Of a DNA stretch of 64,000 bases, positions 30,023 to 38,624 are shown in pieces. The translations under genes and the position numbers were made by a program. Each line of letters starts with the position of its first letter. Within the stretch, counting starts at the first letter, position 1. The notes under the pieces are model-generated. The model worked only from the letters and a program-made list of their open reading frames with translations, was not told where the DNA came from and searched no databases. This DNA comes from Faecousia sp. (GTDB lineage: Bacteria; Bacillota; Clostridia; Oscillospirales; Oscillospiraceae), in contig JAZRMH010000030.1 of the NCBI GenBank assembly GCA_045647425.1, positions 18,068 through 82,067 of the forward strand. The letters are read 5' to 3'.

Positions 30023-31834
30023 ATGCAAGGTCTGATTTTGGCGGCAGGTATGGGTCGCAGATTAAAGGATTTAACCAACAATAACACCAAGTGTATGGTC
30101 AGGGTCAATGGTGTAACGATGATTGAGCGGATGCTTCATCAACTCGACGCATTAAACCTTTCCCGCATTGTTATTGTGGTGGGTTACGAAGGGCAGAAAC
30201 TGATAGACTATATCAGCACTTTGCATGTCAAGACCCCCATTTGCTATGAGGAAAACCCCATTTATGACAAAACCAACAACATTTATTCTTTGGCGTTGGC
30301 AAAAGAGCATTTGTTGGAAGAGGACACTCTTTTGCTGGAATCCGACCTGATTTTCGAGGACAGTGTGCTCACCGCAATTTTGGAAGACCCCCGAGAAACT
30401 TTGGCGCTGGTTGACAAGTACGAAAGTTGGATGGACGGCACTTGCGTCCGCCTTTCGGAAGACGATTCCATTGAAGCCTTTGTCCCCGGCAAGAAGTTTG
30501 TCTTTGAGGACATTCCCCATTATTACAAAACCGTCAACATCTATAAATTCAGCCGGCATTTCAGCCGTACCCATTATGTGCCGTTCTTGGAAGCCTATTC
30601 CAAGGCATTGGGCAACAATGAGTACTATGAGCAGGTTTTGCGGGTGATTACCATGCTGGACGATCCGGAAATCAAGGCAAAACGGCTCAACGGCGAGTTG
30701 TGGTATGAGATTGACGATATTCAGGATTTGGATATTGCCGAGTCTATGTTCGCCACCACTGAGGATGAGAAACTCTCCCGCCTGCAGAGCCGATACGGCG
30801 GATACTGGCGCTATCCCAAGTTGGTGGACTTTTGTTATTTGGTCAATCCCTACTTCCCCCCGAAGAAGATGACCGATGAAATGAAGGCCAGTTTTGAAAA
30901 ACTTTTGACCCAGTACCCCTCCGGTATGTGGGTGAACAGCCTTTTGGCCGCCAAGAATTTTGGGGTCAATCAGAAAAACATCTTGGTGGGCAACGGCGCG
31001 GCAGAACTGATTAAATGCCTGATGGAAAAGTTTACCGGCAAGGTAGGCTTTATCCGCCCCACATTTGAAGAATATCCCAACCGTTACAATCGGGAACAGC
31101 AGGAAGTTTTTGTGCCTCAAACCGAGGACTTTTCCTATACGGCTGAGGATATTATGACCTTCTTTGCCCAAAAGGATATTGACAATTTGGTGCTGATCAA
31201 TCCGGATAACCCCACGGGCAACTACCTGCCGAAGGCAGATGTTCTGCGTTTGGTAAAGTGGTGCGCCCAAAGAAATATCCGCATCCTTGTAGACGAGAGT
31301 TTTGTGGACTTTGCCGAAGAAGAAAACAGCACTCTGATTTGTCAGGAAATTATAGAAGAAAATCCCAACTTGTTGGTGATGAAGTCTATTTCCAAGTCCT
31401 ACGGCGTACCCGGCATCCGGCTGGGCGTGTTGGTCTCTGCGGACCAAACTTTGATTGCCGAAATGAAAAAGGAAGTCGCCATTTGGAATATCAATGCCTT
31501 CGGCGAGTTCTATTTGCAGATCGAAGAGAAGTACCACAAGGATTATTTGCAGGCGCTTAAGAAGATTAAGGCAGTGCGCAAAGAATTTGTTTCCCAACTG
31601 TCCACAATTTCCGGATTGCGGGTGTTCCCCTCTCAAGCCAACTATGTGACGGCAGAAGTGGTGGGAATGCAGGCACGGGAATTGACAAAACGGCTTTTGT
31701 GCCAGTATGACTTGTTTATTAAGGATTTGACAGGCAAACTCTCTAGAAATGACCGCCAGTTTGTCCGCTTGGCTGTCCGCGACGAAAAGGACAATGCCCG
31801 CTTGGTGCGGGCACTTCGTGAGATTTTAGGTTAA
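30023..31834 (+). CDS. Fusion protein: N-terminal LicC-type nucleotidyl(cytidylyl)transferase domain plus C-terminal class I/II aminotransferase-fold (HisC/CobD-like) domain
   Basis: N-terminus: MQGLILAAGMGRRL and WYEIDDIQDLDIA. C-terminus: VLINPDNPTGN, VDESFVDF and MKSISKSYGVPGIRLG, with the PLP-lysine position conserved. ATG 30023 follows AAGGAG. Confidence 0.8.
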   Translation: MQGLILAAGMGRRLKDLTNNNTKCMVRVNGVTMIERMLHQLDALNLSRIVIVVGYEGQKLIDYISTLHVKTPICYEENPIYDKTNNIYSLALAKEHLLEEDTLLLESDLIFEDSVLTAILEDPRETLALVDKYESWMDGTCVRLSEDDSIEAFVPGKKFVFEDIPHYYKTVNIYKFSRHFSRTHYVPFLEAYSKALGNNEYYEQVLRVITMLDDPEIKAKRLNGELWYEIDDIQDLDIAESMFATTEDEKLSRLQSRYGGYWRYPKLVDFCYLVNPYFPPKKMTDEMKASFEKLLTQYPSGMWVNSLLAAKNFGVNQKNILVGNGAAELIKCLMEKFTGKVGFIRPTFEEYPNRYNREQQEVFVPQTEDFSYTAEDIMTFFAQKDIDNLVLINPDNPTGNYLPKADVLRLVKWCAQRNIRILVDESFVDFAEEENSTLICQEIIEENPNLLVMKSISKSYGVPGIRLGVLVSADQTLIAEMKKEVAIWNINAFGEFYLQIEEKYHKDYLQALKKIKAVRKEFVSQLSTISGLRVFPSQANYVTAEVVGMQARELTKRLLCQYDLFIKDLTGKLSRNDRQFVRLAVRDEKDNARLVRALREILG

Positions 31835-31846
31835 GGATTGGTGCCT

Positions 31847-32914
31847 ATGAAGATTGCAGTAATCGGCGGCGGAAATATCGGCACGCTTTTGGCGGCGGAA
31901 ATGGCAAACAAAGGCCACAGTGTTTTTGTGTATACTTCCAAGCCTGCCAACTGGCAAAAGACGCTTACGGTTTTAGATCCGGAAAAAAATCCGGTACTGC
32001 AAGGAACGCTCACCCAAGTGACCGATGATTTGCAGGAAGCGGTTTTGGGCGCAGAGTATATTTTTATTACCCTGCCAGCGCAACTGATTGCTTCTTTTGC
32101 CCCGAAACTAGAGCCTTTTGTGACGGCGGGACAGAAAATCGGACTCATCCCCGGCAGTGGCGGCGGTGAGTTTGCCTTCCGTGGGATTTCGGAAAAAGGC
32201 TGTGTCCTATTCGGCTTTCAGCGGGTTCATAGCATCGCAAGGCTGGAAACTTATGGGCAATCCGTGGTGATGCTGGGGCGGAAAAAGTCTTTGGAAATCG
32301 GCGCAATTCCCAGCGCTTACGCCCAAGAAGTCTGCCGAACCATAGAGAATCTCTTGGACATTCCCTGCAATGTCCTGCCCAATTACCTCTGCGTCACGCT
32401 CACGCCGTCTAATCCGATTTTGCACACCACACGGCTGTGCAGTATGTTTGCGGACTATCAAAAGGGAATCTTTTACCCCGAGAAACCTCGGTTTTATGAG
32501 GATTGGACGGACGCTTCCTCTCGTCTGCTCATCGCTTGCGATGAAGAATTGCAGGCTTTGTGCGATACCATCCCCTTGGATTTGCATACGGTGCAGGCGT
32601 TGACGGCGTATTACGAAAGCCCCACCGCAGAAAAAATGACTCAAAAAATCCGCAGTATTCCCGCCTTTCGGGGTTTGACCTCGCCAATGGTGCAGATGGA
32701 ACAAGGGTGGATTCCGGATTTTTCTTCCCGGTATTTTACAGCGGACTTTTCCTTCGGATTGAAGATTATCAAGGATTTGGCAGAATTGTTTGCGGTTCCC
32801 GCACCGCATATTTCCAAGGTGTGGAACTGGTATGTTGCCCAAAATCCGGAAGACAGCCAAAATGCCTTCGCGTTATCCCTGAGCAAAGAGGAATTCTTAT
32901 CCTTATATCGGTAA
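31847..32914 (+). CDS. NAD(P)-dependent octopine/nopaline (opine) dehydrogenase-family reductase
   Basis: MKIAVIGGGNIGTLLA Rossmann motif and SNPILHTTRL, a typical opine-DH helical-domain motif. ATG 31847 lies 9 nt after AAGGA. Confidence 0.7.
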   Translation: MKIAVIGGGNIGTLLAAEMANKGHSVFVYTSKPANWQKTLTVLDPEKNPVLQGTLTQVTDDLQEAVLGAEYIFITLPAQLIASFAPKLEPFVTAGQKIGLIPGSGGGEFAFRGISEKGCVLFGFQRVHSIARLETYGQSVVMLGRKKSLEIGAIPSAYAQEVCRTIENLLDIPCNVLPNYLCVTLTPSNPILHTTRLCSMFADYQKGIFYPEKPRFYEDWTDASSRLLIACDEELQALCDTIPLDLHTVQALTAYYESPTAEKMTQKIRSIPAFRGLTSPMVQMEQGWIPDFSSRYFTADFSFGLKIIKDLAELFAVPAPHISKVWNWYVAQNPEDSQNAFALSLSKEEFLSLYR

Positions 32915-32935
32915 ACGAAACAGAAGGAGCATCGT

Positions 32936-33610
32936 ATGCTAGATTTACACAGCCATATATTGCCCCAAATGGATGACGGAAGCGACAGCGTGGAAACATC
33001 CCAAAAGATGCTGGAAACCCTTTCCCAGCAGGGGGTGACGGTGGTGGCGGCAACCCCCCATTTTTATGCGGTTAAAGATAACCCCGCAGATTTCCTGCGT
33101 CGCCGCGGGGAAAGTATGGCGCAACTTGCCGAATATGCAGAAAGATTCCCCCGCATCCTATTGGGCGCGGAGGTGGCATACTTTGACGGAATGAGCCGTT
33201 GCGCAGATTTGAAACAAATGGAACTGGGCAACACGGGACTTCTGCTGGTGGAAATGCCGTTTTCCGATTGGACAATCCGTATGGTGGAAGAAGTGTTTCG
33301 CATACCCATCGAGTTGGGATTGACGCCGGTGCTGGCCCATGTGGAACGGTATCGGGGCAGAAAACAACTTCTCAAATTCCTGCCGGAACTGGCGAGCCAA
33401 AATGTGTCGATGCAGTGTAACGCAGAGGCGTTTTTGTCGGGAACAACCCGACGCTTTGCCCTTTCTATGGTGAAAAACGGGTACATCCATTTCTTAGGCA
33501 CGGATTCTCACAACTTAACCACCCGCGCACCCCGCTATGCAGAGGCGGTGCAGGTCATCACAAAAAAACTGGGTAAAGAAATCTGCGAGGAACTGACAAA
33601 AGAGGTATAA
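32936..33610 (+). CDS. cpsB: CpsB/CapC-type PHP-family tyrosine-protein phosphatase
   Basis: MLDLHSHILPQMDDGS, ATPHFY, AHVERY and GTDSHN are the metal-binding His/Asp motifs of CpsB. Confidence 0.85.
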   Translation: MLDLHSHILPQMDDGSDSVETSQKMLETLSQQGVTVVAATPHFYAVKDNPADFLRRRGESMAQLAEYAERFPRILLGAEVAYFDGMSRCADLKQMELGNTGLLLVEMPFSDWTIRMVEEVFRIPIELGLTPVLAHVERYRGRKQLLKFLPELASQNVSMQCNAEAFLSGTTRRFALSMVKNGYIHFLGTDSHNLTTRAPRYAEAVQVITKKLGKEICEELTKEV

Positions 33611-33614
33611 AAAA

Positions 33615-33647
33615 GGACTGTTGCAATTTTGCAACAGTCCCTTTTTT
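33615..33647. terminator. Bidirectional terminator closing the polysaccharide locus
   Basis: GGACTGTTGCAA tt TTGCAACAGTCC flanked by an A run and a T run. Confidence 0.85.
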
Positions 33648-34575
33648 ATCTTAAAACATACTGGGCAAGTAACACCACAAGGGGCATCGATACCAAACTT
33701 AATAAGGTGCAAAGCACCACGGCTTTGCTGGCATAGACATAATCTTTGTTGTGCAGTTGGGAATACACCGCCACATTTGCCCCCACCGGCGCAATGGCGG
33801 GGATAAGAAGCGCGGTGAGAATGTTGGCATTAAAATTGGGGACAAAGGCGTTCAGCACCCAAAATACCAGCAGAGTCAGCAGGGAAATCAACACCAAACG
33901 CACAAAACTTACCAAATACAACCGCTTGTCTGTCCAAAGGGTTTTCATATCCGCTTGTGCCAAATACACACCCATAACCAACATGGCGATGGGGGAATTG
34001 ACGGCGGCAATGCCGGACATGGTACCGGTAATCACCTCGGGCAGTTTTGCACCCCAGCCGGTGAAGAACAGAATAAGACCCAAGGGAACACTTAAAACCA
34101 AGGGGTGGGCAAGGGTTTTGAGGTGGAAATCCATTTTGGTTTCCTTGATCACCGCAACACCGTAAATCCACTGCAAAACATTCACTTGGGCAACAAAATA
34201 CACGATGTAAAACACGCTGTCCGCGCCTAAGCAGGCGGTGACCAGCGGGATGCCGATAAATCCGGCATTTCCGAAAGCGGCTGCCACACTGTCAATGGGG
34301 CGGTTTTTAAAAAACAGCCGACTGACCAAAATGGAAAGTCCTTGGGCCAAAGTCGCCGCCAAAGTGCTAAGCCCCAAGCCCACCAACCGCTCTTTGGTGG
34401 GTTCGACACAAAAACTTTTCGCCAAAACCACGGGGATGACCAGCCAAGTCAATAGGGTAGCCAGCGTGGCGCTACCGGCTTTGCTCACTTTTTTGGTGCG
34501 GTACAAAACAAAACCGAGGGCCATATATAAAAACATAATGAAAATTTGCTTCGTCAGCAACTGCGCAACTTCCAT
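33646..34575 (-). CDS. AEC-family (auxin efflux carrier-like) transporter
   Basis: 309 aa, 10 TM helices. N-terminus QIFIMFLYMALGFVLYRTKKVS is typical of AEC permeases. Confidence 0.8.
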   Translation of the reverse strand: MEVAQLLTKQIFIMFLYMALGFVLYRTKKVSKAGSATLATLLTWLVIPVVLAKSFCVEPTKERLVGLGLSTLAATLAQGLSILVSRLFFKNRPIDSVAAAFGNAGFIGIPLVTACLGADSVFYIVYFVAQVNVLQWIYGVAVIKETKMDFHLKTLAHPLVLSVPLGLILFFTGWGAKLPEVITGTMSGIAAVNSPIAMLVMGVYLAQADMKTLWTDKRLYLVSFVRLVLISLLTLLVFWVLNAFVPNFNANILTALLIPAIAPVGANVAVYSQLHNKDYVYASKAVVLCTLLSLVSMPLVVLLAQYVLR

Positions 34576-34598
34576 AGTAACCTCTCTTTATTCCAATA

Positions 34599-35360
34599 TC
34601 AATCCTGCTGAAAGGGCTTGTCCGAGGGATAGCCGCCTTTGAGTTTTTGCATACCTCTGGGCACAGCGTCCTTGGAATTTTTCCAAGGGACTTGGGCGTT
34701 GCGGTAGTCAAACTTGTCAATAAACCAGTCAATATCCTCTTGCACCCGGGCCAAGTTGTTTTCCATCACGGCAAACACCGTGGGGTAGAACCAAGAGATT
34801 TGATTGTTGGGCAAAAATTCCTCTGCCATTTCCAAAAGTTGACGGAAATGGTGCATACAAAAGCCTTTGCCTTGTTCCACGGTAGCCCGAAATTCCGGCT
34901 CTTTGAGCAGGTGGAAGAAGGTGGCATAGTAGCGGCGCATATTATAAGCAAGCCGGCTACACAAGAAACAACTGTGTTCCTTTTCCTTTGCCCATTGGGT
35001 AATGGGCAGGGATTTTTCCTGCTTTTTGGCAAACAGACCCTTCTTTTCCGGCAATTCAAAAGCGCTCAGTTGCGCCCGAAATTCCTTTTGCAGACCCACA
35101 TAATAGGTTTGCATCATCAGGGCATTTCCCAGTGCGTTGCCGTAGTCGTACAGTGCTTTATAGTGGTGGCGGCAGAAGCCTTGGGCATCGGTCACCGCCC
35201 GCACATCCGGTTCCATATAACTGGCTTCCGGTCCGGCGATATACCGCAGAGCCCGATGTTCTGCCTGCCGTTCCAAGTAGCAAAAGGGACATTCGTCGTT
35301 TTTGGAAAAGGCGTCGGTTACCGGTATGGTATCAATATGTTCTTTCATAAGTTTCGTCAC
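34599..35360 (-). CDS. Conserved hypothetical protein with duplicated CxxC...GFCxHH module
   Basis: ECPFCYLE...GFCRHHY is repeated as HSCFLCSR...GFCMHHF. No TM helix and no known catalytic motif recognised. Confidence 0.6.
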   Translation of the reverse strand: MTKLMKEHIDTIPVTDAFSKNDECPFCYLERQAEHRALRYIAGPEASYMEPDVRAVTDAQGFCRHHYKALYDYGNALGNALMMQTYYVGLQKEFRAQLSAFELPEKKGLFAKKQEKSLPITQWAKEKEHSCFLCSRLAYNMRRYYATFFHLLKEPEFRATVEQGKGFCMHHFRQLLEMAEEFLPNNQISWFYPTVFAVMENNLARVQEDIDWFIDKFDYRNAQVPWKNSKDAVPRGMQKLKGGYPSDKPFQQD

Positions 35361-35403
35361 AACCTTTCTTGACCTATCCTACCATAAAACAGCCCTCGGG
35401 GTC

Positions 35404-35446
35404 AAGAAAAAACAGAAACACCGCGTCCAATTGGACGCGGTGTTTC
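35404..35446 (-). terminator. Terminator of the M23 peptidase gene
   Basis: GAAACACCGCGTCC aatt GGACGCGGTGTTTC followed, on the minus strand, by TGTTTTTTCT. Confidence 0.8.
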
Positions 35447-35466
35447 CACAAGAAGGAAGAAAACTG

Positions 35467-36108
35467 TTAACTTAAAAAGTCTGCGGGGTCTAGGATGGTA
35501 CCGTTACAACTGACACTGAAATGGACATGGTCGCCAATTCCGCTTTCCAGCAAGGCCGTTGCGCCAACCGACCCGATTTTCTGACCGGCGGTTACGCTGT
35601 CACCGGCTTTGACGGCAACTTCCTCGGCAAGGCTGGCATAGCGGGTGGTGTAGCCGCCATCGTGACGGATGACCACGGTCATACCCATGGTTTCGTCCTC
35701 ATAGACGGTGTATACCGTGCCGTCGGCGGCGGCGGACACGGTTGTGCCGGCCTCTGCGGCAATGTCAACCCCGTCGTGTACCCGCCAATCTCGGGTGGTC
35801 TGATTGTAACAAAGGGCATCCATAGAGTATTCCAATATGGTTTTACCCGCTACGGGGGACTGAATGTTAGCAGGCTTCTGAGGCGGGGTTGTGGGTTGTA
35901 CTTCCCCGTTGGGCTGTGTGGCTACAGCCTGCACATCCGAGTTTGGTTGGGTTGCAACCACCTCTGTGGGATTTTGCAACAGATCCTTGTTGGCATCTGC
36001 ACTGCGATAGTACAGAAAGCCGGTGATTCCAATGGCAACGGCACATAGCACTAAGGCTATGTAATAGCCCTTGCCACTGACATTTCCGGTAAATTTTTTC
36101 TTTTGCAT
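35467..36108 (-). CDS. Membrane-anchored M23 (LytM-domain) metallopeptidase, SpoIIQ-like architecture
   Basis: N-terminal TM YYIALVLCAVAIGITGFLYY and a Pro/Gln linker with the ATQPN(S/G)(D/E)VQ repeat. HDGVD (HxxxD) and DHVHF (HxH) are intact. RBS GGAGGTG. Confidence 0.8.
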   Translation of the reverse strand: MQKKKFTGNVSGKGYYIALVLCAVAIGITGFLYYRSADANKDLLQNPTEVVATQPNSDVQAVATQPNGEVQPTTPPQKPANIQSPVAGKTILEYSMDALCYNQTTRDWRVHDGVDIAAEAGTTVSAAADGTVYTVYEDETMGMTVVIRHDGGYTTRYASLAEEVAVKAGDSVTAGQKIGSVGATALLESGIGDHVHFSVSCNGTILDPADFLS

Positions 36109-36308
36109 TGGTTAACACCTCCGAGAAGCATTATTGCCCAACTTTGGAAAAATAAACCTATTTTAAAAAGATTCATAAAAAAATATTTATTTTGGTGTTT
36201 TCGGCAAAATTCCACTACCATTTTCCAGAAAAATATGTTATGTTATTTGTGGGGAAATTTGGGCTTTGCCCGTTTCCAATTATGAAAAGTCTAAAGGAGT
36301 GGAATGCC

Positions 36309-37499
36309 ATGTACTTCCAGAAAAAACGATGCATTGCGATGCTGTTGGCAGGCGGCCAAGGCAGCCGTCTGAAGGTGCTGACCAAAAACACAGCCAAACC
36401 CGCTGTCCCCTTTGGCGGTAAGTATCGAATTATTGACTTTCCTTTATCTAATTGTGTCAATTCCGGCATTGATACTGTGGGTATTTTGACCCAGTATCAG
36501 CCCTTGGAATTGAACGAATATATCGGCAACGGTCAGCCTTGGGGTTTGAATAAATCCCAAGCCAGCGCGCAGGTTTTGCCCCCCTATGAACGGCACGATA
36601 AGAAAAACGGCTGGTATAAGGGCACTGCCAATGCCATTTATCAGAATATCGCCTTTATCGACCGGTATGATCCGGAGTATGTGGTGGTGCTTTCCGGTGA
36701 CCATATTTACAAGATGGACTACGCGGATATGATTGATTTCCACGAAAAGAACAACGCTTCTTGTACCATCGCTGTGCGGAATGTGCCGTTGGCGGAAGCC
36801 AGCCGTTTCGGCATCCTTAACAGCAATCCGGACAACTCAATTTACGAGTTCGAGGAAAAACCTGCCAAGCCTAAATCTACCAATGCCTCTATGGGCATTT
36901 ATGTGTTCAACTGGGATGTTCTGCGGGAATTTTTGATTGCAGACGAGGAAGACGAAACTTCTGCCAATGATTTTGGCAAGAACATCATTCCCAATCTGCT
37001 GAAGGCGGGGCATAAGTTAATGGCCTATACCTTCAACGGTTATTGGAAAGATGTGGGAACCATTGACTCTTTGTGGGAAGCCAATATGGACCTTTTGGGT
37101 AAAGAGCCGAAATTGAATATCCGCGGGGATGATCAAAGCCGGATTTACGCCCGCAATAACGCACTGCCTTCTTCCTATATAGACGAAAATGCCAAAACCG
37201 AGGCTTGCTTTATCGCTGAGGGTTCGGAAATTTACGGCGCAGTTCGCCATAGTATTATCTCCATCGGCTGTATTGTGGGAAAAGGCGCATTGGTGGAAGA
37301 CAGTGTGGTAATGCCCGGAGTCGTTATCGAGCCGGATGCTATTGTCCGTCACGCAATTCTCGGCGAAAACAGCAAGATTTGCCGAGGCGCGGTGGTAGGC
37401 GGCGCTTATGCCCCCAATGAGAAGAAGAAAATCAGTGTTACCGGTAAGGACACTGTCTTAGAAGAAAACACCGTGCTTTTGCCCGGTGAAATGCTGTAA
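36309..37499 (+). CDS. glgC: Glucose-1-phosphate adenylyltransferase
   Basis: ATG 36309 lies 9 nt after [44 protein letters not shown]. Confidence 0.93.
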   Translation: MYFQKKRCIAMLLAGGQGSRLKVLTKNTAKPAVPFGGKYRIIDFPLSNCVNSGIDTVGILTQYQPLELNEYIGNGQPWGLNKSQASAQVLPPYERHDKKNGWYKGTANAIYQNIAFIDRYDPEYVVVLSGDHIYKMDYADMIDFHEKNNASCTIAVRNVPLAEASRFGILNSNPDNSIYEFEEKPAKPKSTNASMGIYVFNWDVLREFLIADEEDETSANDFGKNIIPNLLKAGHKLMAYTFNGYWKDVGTIDSLWEANMDLLGKEPKLNIRGDDQSRIYARNNALPSSYIDENAKTEACFIAEGSEIYGAVRHSIISIGCIVGKGALVEDSVVMPGVVIEPDAIVRHAILGENSKICRGAVVGGAYAPNEKKKISVTGKDTVLEENTVLLPGEML

Positions 37500-37514
37500 A
37501 GGAGGGCGAGTATT

Positions 37515-38624
37515 ATGAATGTAATGGGTATTGTATTTGCCAATGATGGCACATTGGGCGCTTTGACAGAAAAGCGTACTATGGCAAGCCTTCCCTTTGG
37601 CGGTCGTTACCGTCAGGTGGATTTCGCCCTTTCCAATTTGTCCTGCGCCGGTATTCACAGGATTGGTATCGTCACAAGACATAACTACCAAAGCCTTATG
37701 AACCATGTGGGTTCCGGTGAAGAATGGGGCTTAGAAATGGAAGCCGGTGGTTTGGAATATCTGACCCCCTATTCCTCTTCCAGCACCTCGGATTATCGAG
37801 GTAAATTGGAATCGTTGTATGCGGCAATGAGTTTTTTGGAATATGGGGACGACGACTATTTAATTATGGTGGATGCGGCCATTATCAGTAATGTGGATTT
37901 GTTGCAGGTACTGCATTCCCATATCGAAAGCGGAAAAGATATTACCGTGGTCACCAAGTCCGGCATTGCCGACGGTCACCGGAAACTGGACTTGGCAATC
38001 AAACTGGACAAGGACAATTCTGTGGTAGATGTGGCGGTGGACTATCCCGCACCCAGCGATTACGAAGCCTCTATGGATATTTTTGTGCTGTCCCGCAAGT
38101 GGCTGATCAATCAGTTGCAGGAACATATTGCGCGGAACTTGTTCCATATGGACCGGGATTTGGTGCTGGGCCTTTGGAAAGAGCAAAAAGCCACACTGAA
38201 TGTCTATCGCTTTGGCGGTGTTGCGTTGTGTAATGACACCGTGGAAGAGTATTTCCAAAACAACTTGGCGCTGACGAAAAAGGAAATTCGGGACGACCTC
38301 TTTGGCCGAAACCATCCGGTCTTTACCAAAGTTCGGGACCGTGTGCCCACCTATTACGGTGAAAACAGCGAAGTGAAAAATTGTTCTGTGGCAGACGGCT
38401 GTATGCTGGGCGGTGCGGTGTGTAATTCCATGCTGTTCCGTCAGGTTACCGTTTTCCCCACTGCGGTGGTAAAGAATTGTGTCATTATGAACGATACGGT
38501 GGTAGGCGAGGGCGCTTACTTGGAAAATGTGATTTTGGATAAAGATGTGGTGGTGCGTCCGGGGACAAAACTTACCGGAACGCCGACAAATCCCGTGATT
38601 GTCAAACGAGGTGACGTGGTATGA
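37515..38624 (+). CDS. glgD: Glucose-1-phosphate adenylyltransferase subunit GlgD
   Basis: A GlgC paralogue lacking the GGxGxRL loop (SLPFGGRYRQVDFALSN). Position between glgC and glgA. Confidence 0.88.
   Translation: MNVMGIVFANDGTLGALTEKRTMASLPFGGRYRQVDFALSNLSCAGIHRIGIVTRHNYQSLMNHVGSGEEWGLEMEAGGLEYLTPYSSSSTSDYRGKLESLYAAMSFLEYGDDDYLIMVDAAIISNVDLLQVLHSHIESGKDITVVTKSGIADGHRKLDLAIKLDKDNSVVDVAVDYPAPSDYEASMDIFVLSRKWLINQLQEHIARNLFHMDRDLVLGLWKEQKATLNVYRFGGVALCNDTVEEYFQNNLALTKKEIRDDLFGRNHPVFTKVRDRVPTYYGENSEVKNCSVADGCMLGGAVCNSMLFRQVTVFPTAVVKNCVIMNDTVVGEGAYLENVILDKDVVVRPGTKLTGTPTNPVIVKRGDVV

Noticed and set aside
30152-31636. A 494-aa ORF on the minus strand, the longest unannotated ORF in the window.
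   Set aside because: It lies entirely antisense to the well-supported nucleotidyltransferase/PLP-fold fusion gene. Its translation has no motifs, TM pattern or RBS and shows the Leu/Gly/Gln/His-rich composition typical of shadow frames. Stop-free antisense frames are expected with this codon usage.
36109-36308. A forespore (SigF/SigG-type) promoter for the SpoIIQ-like M23 gene in the AT-rich divergent spacer.
   Set aside because: A GGGCAATAAT-like element is present on the minus strand. However, I could not place a convincing -35 at the correct spacing, which is too weak a basis to call by eye.
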